From positions 128,001 through 192,000 of the forward strand of contig JALVYU010000031.1 of the NCBI GenBank assembly GCA_027022365.1: DNA of 64,000 bases, written 5' to 3'. The DNA comes from Desulfurococcales archaeon (GTDB taxonomy: Archaea; Thermoproteota; Thermoprotei_A; Sulfolobales; Desulfurococcaceae). Positions 58,099 through 64,000 of the stretch are shown here, in pieces. The notes beneath the pieces were generated by a model. That model was not told where the DNA came from and searched no databases. It saw nothing but the letters and a program-made list of their open reading frames with translations. The position numbers and the translations under genes are program-made. The stretch's first letter is position 1. Each line of letters begins with the position of its first letter.

Positions 58099-59058
58099 AT
58101 GGTTGAACCCCTAGTCCATGTCGAGGGGCTCAAGAAATACTTCCCTGCAGGGGGATTCCTCAAGAAAGTATGGGTTAAAGCAGTTGATGGTATATCGTTC
58201 GATATACTTGAGGGTGAAACTCTAGGCCTAGTCGGAGAATCTGGCTGTGGAAAAACAACTACTGGGCGTCTAATACTTAGGCTTATCAAGCCCACTGCGG
58301 GCAAAGTATTGTTCGCCGGCAAAGATGTGACAAGGCTGAGGGGTAAAGAACTGAAGGCCTTCCGTAGAGAGGCAAACATTGTGTTCCAAGACCCGTACAC
58401 GAGCCTCGATCCAAGGCAGACGGTCTTTAACATAATAATGGAGCCTCTAAAGACGCACGGGATACAGGTAGATGATCCGGAGGGATTCGTGACTAAGCTA
58501 CTCTACGAGGTAGGGCTCAACGAGACCCACCTGTACAGATACCCCCACGAGTTCAGCGGGGGACAGAGACAACGCATTGCAATAGCTAGGATCCTGGCCC
58601 TCAGGCCGAAATTCATAGTCCTGGACGAGCCGACCTCAGCGCTCGACGTATCTGTTCAAGCACAAATACTCAACATGCTGAAAGAGCTCCAGAAAAAATA
58701 TGGTTTAACATACCTGTTCATAAGCCACAACCTAGGCGTTGTCAGATACATGAGCAACCGCATAGCCGTCATGTACTTAGGCAAGATAGTAGAGATAGCG
58801 CCCGCAAAGACACTGTTCGAGAACCCACTGCACCCTTACACAAAGGCACTACTAGCATCAATACCCGTACCAGACCCCGAGGCAGCTAGAGCAAAGCCAA
58901 AAATACAGATAACGGGCGAGCCACCGAGCCCGATAAACCCGCCGCCAGGATGCAGGTTCGCGCCGAGATGCCCATATGCAAAGGATCTATGCCGCCAGAA
59001 AGAGCCCAAGCTTAAGGAAGTAGAGCATAACCACTTCGTAGCGTGCTGGCTATATTAA
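58099..59058 (+). CDS. dppF: Peptide ABC transporter ATP-binding protein (DppF/OppF)
   Basis: GESGCGKT, YPHEFSGGQRQR, PSPINPPPGCRF. Confidence 0.93.
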   Translation: MVEPLVHVEGLKKYFPAGGFLKKVWVKAVDGISFDILEGETLGLVGESGCGKTTTGRLILRLIKPTAGKVLFAGKDVTRLRGKELKAFRREANIVFQDPYTSLDPRQTVFNIIMEPLKTHGIQVDDPEGFVTKLLYEVGLNETHLYRYPHEFSGGQRQRIAIARILALRPKFIVLDEPTSALDVSVQAQILNMLKELQKKYGLTYLFISHNLGVVRYMSNRIAVMYLGKIVEIAPAKTLFENPLHPYTKALLASIPVPDPEAARAKPKIQITGEPPSPINPPPGCRFAPRCPYAKDLCRQKEPKLKEVEHNHFVACWLY

Positions 59059-59117
59059 AACAGTGCCTCGAAAACCATTTTTATCTCTGGCACCATAACA
59101 TGATGGGCCGGGGCTTC

Positions 59118-59639
59118 TCAATCGAGACAATACTTGTTCATGCACATGATCTTTTCCAGTGGTATCCTGGGCCTAGGCTTAGGTTCTTCGTCAGGATACC
59201 CGATCGCAAGTATTGACGCTGGGACGATATGCTCCGGCATACCGAGGATTTTTCTTATATCACCGATATTCCTCATGGTCTGTATCCAGACCGTTCCAAG
59301 GCCTAGGGCATGTGCCGCCAGCTGGATATAGATCGTTGCGTTAGCACAATCTAGTAGGTAAGAGTCGGGACTAGCCCTCTCATCACACGCGACAACTATT
59401 GCTTGTGGCGCATTCTTAAGGGGCTTTCCACCACCATGTATCCGTGATAGCTTGTCGAGGATATCTCTATCATCTATCACTATGAATCTCCATGGCTGAC
59501 TATTATGTGCGCTGGGAGCATAACGTGCTACATCAAGTATCTTCTCTATGATCTCCATAGGCACCTTTTCTTTCTTAAAACGTCTAATACTCCTCCTAGT
59601 CTTGAGGAATTCTATCAAGTCATCAGGGCTACACTTCAT
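59118..59639 (-). CDS. Nitroreductase family protein
   Basis: RRSIRRF, APSAHNSQPW, AHALGLGTVW, IGYP. Confidence 0.93.
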   Translation of the reverse strand: MKCSPDDLIEFLKTRRSIRRFKKEKVPMEIIEKILDVARYAPSAHNSQPWRFIVIDDRDILDKLSRIHGGGKPLKNAPQAIVVACDERASPDSYLLDCANATIYIQLAAHALGLGTVWIQTMRNIGDIRKILGMPEHIVPASILAIGYPDEEPKPRPRIPLEKIMCMNKYCLD

Positions 59640-59707
59640 TTCAATCAACCCACTATTATAATAGTCGATTAGAACCACTAATATTTTGGAACAATCGGCG
59701 ACAGGGC

Positions 59708-60715
59708 ATGGCGAAGATACATATACTGGGAGCCGAGAGTCTAGGTGTCAGAGGTTTATCCTGCTACGTGGAGAACGGTGACCATAAAATATTGATCGAT
59801 CCGGGTGTGGCCCTAGGATACACTCGGTGGGGGCTACATCCTCATCCACTACAGGCAGTCGTAGGATATATTGTCCGCTCAAAAATAGCAAGGTTTTGGA
59901 GAGATGCTGACTATGTGGTCTTCACACATATGCATGGTGATCATATACCTCTCTATAACGCGAACCCCTTCCAGCTAGACCTATACATGCTAGACCAGCA
60001 TGGCGGGAAAAAGATCATAGCGCCTTCACCTCATATACTCAGCACGAAGGAGAAAATTAGGCTCGAGAAAATACGCGAAATATATCATGAGAAACTAATA
60101 ACGGTCGACTGGAGGGCGGCTGAGATAGGCCCGGTCAAAGTTTATGGTCCTTATCCTCATGGTCTCAGCCGTTCCGGAGTATATGCCGTGTACGTTGATA
60201 GTGATCTATCAGTACTTCATCTCAGTGATACAGGACTGCTTGTTGAAGACGTCATAAGTCTAGTAAGGGATCTTAGGCCGGACATAGTCGTGACCGATGG
60301 TCCACCCATATATCGTTACATGCACGACAAAGGAATGGCTAATGATCTACTGGTAAAGGCAAGACAGAACCTAGAGCGAATGATCGGTTATGCTGACAAA
60401 GTAATAGTAGATCATCATATCAATAGATGTGATGAAGGATATCAATGGATAAACGGTGTTAGTAGAGAATATTGCTGTATTATGACCGCGGCAGAGTACA
60501 TGGGAGAAAAACCCCTAATGCTGGAGTCATGGAGGAGGACACTATATAGGCTACTACCTGAGGATAATTATTGGTTCCGGGAAAACTATCGGGAAACAAT
60601 AGAGAAATACAGAGTAATACTTCGTGAGCTTATCACGAGTATTAGAAACGATACGAAGCAGTCAAATGAAGCATCATTCTCCCTCCTGCTCAGCAAAATC
60701 CTCGCCAAGAAATAA
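59708..60715 (+). CDS. MBL-fold metallo-hydrolase (UPF0282-like)
   Basis: AESLGVRG, IDPGVAL, THMHGDH, DGPP, DHH. Confidence 0.85.
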   Translation: MAKIHILGAESLGVRGLSCYVENGDHKILIDPGVALGYTRWGLHPHPLQAVVGYIVRSKIARFWRDADYVVFTHMHGDHIPLYNANPFQLDLYMLDQHGGKKIIAPSPHILSTKEKIRLEKIREIYHEKLITVDWRAAEIGPVKVYGPYPHGLSRSGVYAVYVDSDLSVLHLSDTGLLVEDVISLVRDLRPDIVVTDGPPIYRYMHDKGMANDLLVKARQNLERMIGYADKVIVDHHINRCDEGYQWINGVSREYCCIMTAAEYMGEKPLMLESWRRTLYRLLPEDNYWFRENYRETIEKYRVILRELITSIRNDTKQSNEASFSLLLSKILAKK

Positions 60716-61264
60716 TCTTTGAGCGTTTTTTCTGAAAACCTCGTCGATCCTGTAGAGATACATGTAGTTCTTATGTATCAACATGTTCTTGCTTGAAAAG
60801 CCCTTAATTTCACCTGATCTTATCTTGGCAGTGACGGGCACATAGACCTGCTCGATAATTTCGGTTGATGCCTTCAATGGATTATCACCAAAAGTATTCA
60901 GAATAATGTAGAGCGCCCCATTGATCTCTTTCTCATCAATATCATAGTAAACAGTGTCCCTAAGCCTCCCAGCAGGCCAGAACAACTGTACCCCTATCCT
61001 CTTAACTGCCCTAACGGCTATCTCTTTCTTCTTATCAAGACACCACTTGTACGCGTCAAGCAACAGCTTCAGAGCCTCATCGCCAGTGTATGCGGGCTCA
61101 ACAGCCTCGTTCTCCACGGATTCGCCGCCGACAGGATATATCATGAGCATTCTCCGAGCAGGCAATAATGTTTTATCCATGAAGTAGGCATCAAGAAGAT
61201 AATAGTTTTCCGCTATCTTGGCTTTATAGCATGGTATCAAGACACGCTTCTTAGTCCCGAACAA
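60674..61264 (-). CDS. Hypothetical protein, paralog of 48962..49588
   Basis: Shared motifs with 48962..49588; GGTGA RBS. Confidence 0.75.
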   Translation of the reverse strand: MFGTKKRVLIPCYKAKIAENYYLLDAYFMDKTLLPARRMLMIYPVGGESVENEAVEPAYTGDEALKLLLDAYKWCLDKKKEIAVRAVKRIGVQLFWPAGRLRDTVYYDIDEKEINGALYIILNTFGDNPLKASTEIIEQVYVPVTAKIRSGEIKGFSSKNMLIHKNYMYLYRIDEVFRKNAQRLFLGEDFAEQEGE

Positions 61265-61339
61265 CCCCTATTCACCAACGGGTATAAAATCCCGTGTTTT
61301 TATCTACTCATAATACTAATTTATACCGGGTATTAAGCA

Positions 61340-61702
61340 TTGGAGGCAAAGAAGCAGAGAGTCATGCTTAGGATAAACTATGAGGATAAGACCCATTATA
61401 CTGAAGCTATTCTTCATCCCCAGGGATATATGAAGGCAAAATATACTCACCTAGACATACCTGCCGATAAGGCTCCCGAGATCCTTGTCGACCTATCAAG
61501 GATAAGGGGGATAAGGATTCCGTGTAGGTTCGATGATAACTGTATAATACTAGTTATATCGGGCCTGTCCACGATAAGGATATGTGTCGAAAACTATCGC
61601 ATAATGTGTAGAGAGCATGTTTGGCTCTCTAAAAAGAAAGACGGAATGATATATGTTGGCCCTATAAAGGCCTCTTCTATTTGGAAAAAGGATGTTCTTT
61701 AA
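61340..61702 (+). CDS. Hypothetical protein
   Basis: 120-aa ORF upstream of rpiA; no recognised motif. Confidence 0.6.
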   Translation: MEAKKQRVMLRINYEDKTHYTEAILHPQGYMKAKYTHLDIPADKAPEILVDLSRIRGIRIPCRFDDNCIILVISGLSTIRICVENYRIMCREHVWLSKKKDGMIYVGPIKASSIWKKDVL

Positions 61703-61726
61703 AATATGAAGAAGCATTAAGATCTA

Positions 61727-62449
61727 ATGGTGAACGGGTTGGATGAAGTCGAGAAAGCCAAGCTTATGGCTGCGAAACATGCTTTCAAACTAATACATCC
61801 AAGCCACAGAGTCATAGGTATGGGAACCGGCTCCACCGTCGAAAAATTCATTCAGATCTTAGGAGAAAAACGGGAGCTATTCCATGACAAAGTCTTTATA
61901 GCATCAAGTATAGACACTGCCCTAAAACTCAGAGAACATGGTTTCAGAGTGGTTAGTGCAGCGACTATCGATAAGATCGACATATATATTGATGGGGCGG
62001 ACGAAGTAGATCCCGAAATGAACATGATCAAGGGTGGTGGAGCAGCTCATGTACTCGAGAAAATACTAGCCTATAATGCTGGAACAAGAATCTTCATTGT
62101 AGACTACACAAAACTCGTAAGTCGTCTCGGCGAGAAACACCCAGTACCAGTGGAAGTTCTACCTGAGGCGCTACTCCTTGTTTATCGAAGGATCAAGGAA
62201 CTCGGGCTCCGAGCAGGCATAAGAAAGAGCAGAGGAGGCAAATACGGCGTAGTTGTCAGCGACACGAGAGGCATAATAATAGACGTTCATCTCGACAAGC
62301 CATTTGATGTAGTTAAGCTTGACAGAGCTCTGCATGAAATACCAGGAGTTGTTGGAACGGGTTTTTTCATAGGTTTGGCGGACAAAGTTATTGTCGGGTA
62401 CCCTGATCATGTTGAGGTAATCGAAAAACCCATGAGAACAAGGCATTAA
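61727..62449 (+). CDS. rpiA: Ribose-5-phosphate isomerase A
   Basis: GMGTGST, DGADEVD, IKGGGAA..EK. Confidence 0.96.
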   Translation: MVNGLDEVEKAKLMAAKHAFKLIHPSHRVIGMGTGSTVEKFIQILGEKRELFHDKVFIASSIDTALKLREHGFRVVSAATIDKIDIYIDGADEVDPEMNMIKGGGAAHVLEKILAYNAGTRIFIVDYTKLVSRLGEKHPVPVEVLPEALLLVYRRIKELGLRAGIRKSRGGKYGVVVSDTRGIIIDVHLDKPFDVVKLDRALHEIPGVVGTGFFIGLADKVIVGYPDHVEVIEKPMRTRH

Positions 62450-62565
62450 ATCAGTGATTATCGGTTTTGAATACGTTTTTTAGATTTGGTTATAATAAGA
62501 ATTATCTACCCGCGCCACCGATGGCTATAGCTCATAAAATACTATGACCAACGCTGATTCGGTGG

Positions 62566-63129
62566 TTGTGTTTGTACAATAAATCACAAATTCTATTAGC
62601 AATAATTCTGTTTAGTATAGGGGCTGCTCTCGGAACTATAGGCAGTGTATCATTGCCCATAGGCCTCGGTGTAACGGGTTTCTGGCCTGCAGTAATCGTC
62701 CAGGTCGCTGGCGGAATATGGCTTGGTGCATTAGGAGTAGTTGTGGGTGCCCTTTTCCCGTTTATAAGCAATACTTATGCCGGGGCCCCGCTCATCGTAT
62801 CCTTCCTTTATCTGCCTTCAAACATAGTTCAGGGCCTTATACCCTATCTTGTGTTTAAGAAATTAGGTTTGGATCCAGCGCTAAGGAGTCTGAGGAGCCT
62901 GGTCCACTTTCTATGGAGCGGGGTTTTCGTTAACAATGCTCTAGGCGCAATATTAGCCACGTCCATGATTATGGTTTCCGGACTACAACTATTCGCCAAC
63001 CCATACTTATTCGCACGAACATGGTTTCTAGGCAACACTATACCAATGCTCTTTATCGGGCCTCCAACATTGATGATCCTGTCACCGCTCCTTGAAAGAA
63101 TAGGTGTGATCCCTAGAAGATCTCCATAG
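62566..63129 (+). CDS. Integral membrane protein (MASE1/ECF S-component-like)
   Basis: FWPA, about five TM segments, WFLGN near the C-terminus. Confidence 0.6.
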   Translation: MCLYNKSQILLAIILFSIGAALGTIGSVSLPIGLGVTGFWPAVIVQVAGGIWLGALGVVVGALFPFISNTYAGAPLIVSFLYLPSNIVQGLIPYLVFKKLGLDPALRSLRSLVHFLWSGVFVNNALGAILATSMIMVSGLQLFANPYLFARTWFLGNTIPMLFIGPPTLMILSPLLERIGVIPRRSP

Positions 63130-63194
63130 GGAAAAACGATTTTTCCGAAAAGAAGCTATTCTATTAACAACAACGACACTACGGTGTAATAATA

Positions 63195-64000
63195 TTGTAC
63201 CGAACAATAATCATCGGTGCAGGCATAACCGGGTTATCGATAGCACGATGGCTGACAAGATACAGGGGCCTACAAGTCATTGTTATCGATAAAGAACCCG
63301 ATGTTGGATGGGGTGTGACAAAAGCCAATACATCCATCATACATCCCTGCCACGAGGAACACCCGGACAAACACCCTCTCCGCTCAAAACTATGTCTTGA
63401 AGGCCATAATCTATGGTATAAATGGGTTAAAGAACTCGAGATACCGGCCAAATGGCCCGGCGAGATAATAGTGGCGACAAACGACGAGGAGCTCAAAGGC
63501 CTACACAAATATATAGACTACGCTTACAGGATAGGTGTTCCCGGAGTAAGGCTAATTGATCGAGGGGAAATGCTGAGGCTCGAACCATGGATTAATCCCG
63601 ATGCAATCGGAGGTCTATATGCCCCCACGGCCGGGACCATAAATCCTATGATGGCCGCAATAGCTATTGCTGAGAACATAGTTGACAATGGAGGCAAGCT
63701 TCTCCTAGGTACTAGGGTTGAAGACATTGTTGTAAGAGACGGTAAAGTAGTTGCCGTAGAGACCAGTAAGGGCGGGATCGAAGCCGATATCGTTGTTAAT
63801 GCTGCAGGGCTATATGCTGACAAGATAAGCAGGATGGCCGGTATAGACGATTACAGCATACATCCTAGGCGGGGACAGTACCTATTGTTTAGCGACAGAG
63901 TAGACGTCAAACCTAACAAGATACTCCACACAGCCCCAACTCCAAAGACGAAAGGAGTATACGCAATAACAACTGTTGATGGCAATCTACTCATAGGGCC
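63195..64000 (+). CDS. FAD-dependent oxidoreductase (GlpA/LhgO-like), 3'-truncated by window edge; missing from the ORF track
   Basis: TTG start, IIGAGITG Rossmann motif, VTKANTSIIH, VNAAGLYADKI, PRRGQY. Confidence 0.9.
   Translation, partial: MYRTIIIGAGITGLSIARWLTRYRGLQVIVIDKEPDVGWGVTKANTSIIHPCHEEHPDKHPLRSKLCLEGHNLWYKWVKELEIPAKWPGEIIVATNDEELKGLHKYIDYAYRIGVPGVRLIDRGEMLRLEPWINPDAIGGLYAPTAGTINPMMAAIAIAENIVDNGGKLLLGTRVEDIVVRDGKVVAVETSKGGIEADIVVNAAGLYADKISRMAGIDDYSIHPRRGQYLLFSDRVDVKPNKILHTAPTPKTKGVYAITTVDGNLLIG

Noticed and set aside
1-64000. CRISPR array, rRNA/tRNA genes, integrase or provirus, known defence systems
   Set aside because: No regularly spaced 24-40 bp repeats, cloverleafs, integrase or cas-like ORFs recognised by eye; TnpB is explained by the IS607 element

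Overview
Archaeal chromosomal window. Gene content, GGTG-type ribosome-binding sites, TATA-like promoters and frequent TTG/GTG starts suggest an anaerobic, hyperthermophilic, peptide/sugar-fermenting crenarchaeon, probably Desulfurococcales-like (inference). It contains three 2-oxoacid:ferredoxin oxidoreductase loci, hydrogenase maturation genes (hypC, hypE, HycI-type protease), sugar, iron/tetrapyrrole and peptide ABC importers, glnA with a divergent Lrp, a lone sufC, a SAMP-TtuA/NcsA-cysteine synthase cluster, a CLC protein, DUF505, rpiA and several hypotheticals. Main observations: (1) a cobN-like chelatase plus a single ChlI/D-type gene, divergent from a FecCD importer whose binding protein has two domains, with no other corrin genes in the window; an in-frame G_GGA_AAA slippery site could give both small and medium chelatase subunits from one gene; (2) an IS607 element (tnpA-tnpB, structured omega-RNA end) that appears to have replaced the middle of an MBL-fold gene; (3) a frameshifted malQ next to it; (4) an apparently circularly permuted peptide-binding protein; (5) a CLC with Gln at the gating glutamate; (6) a candidate box C/D sRNA; (7) a repeated 17-bp operator linking a membrane-anchored HTH regulator to a beta-propeller surface protein; (8) a pair of paralogous orphan proteins. 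No tRNA, rRNA or CRISPR array was recognised. All family calls come from motif recognition by eye, not database searches.
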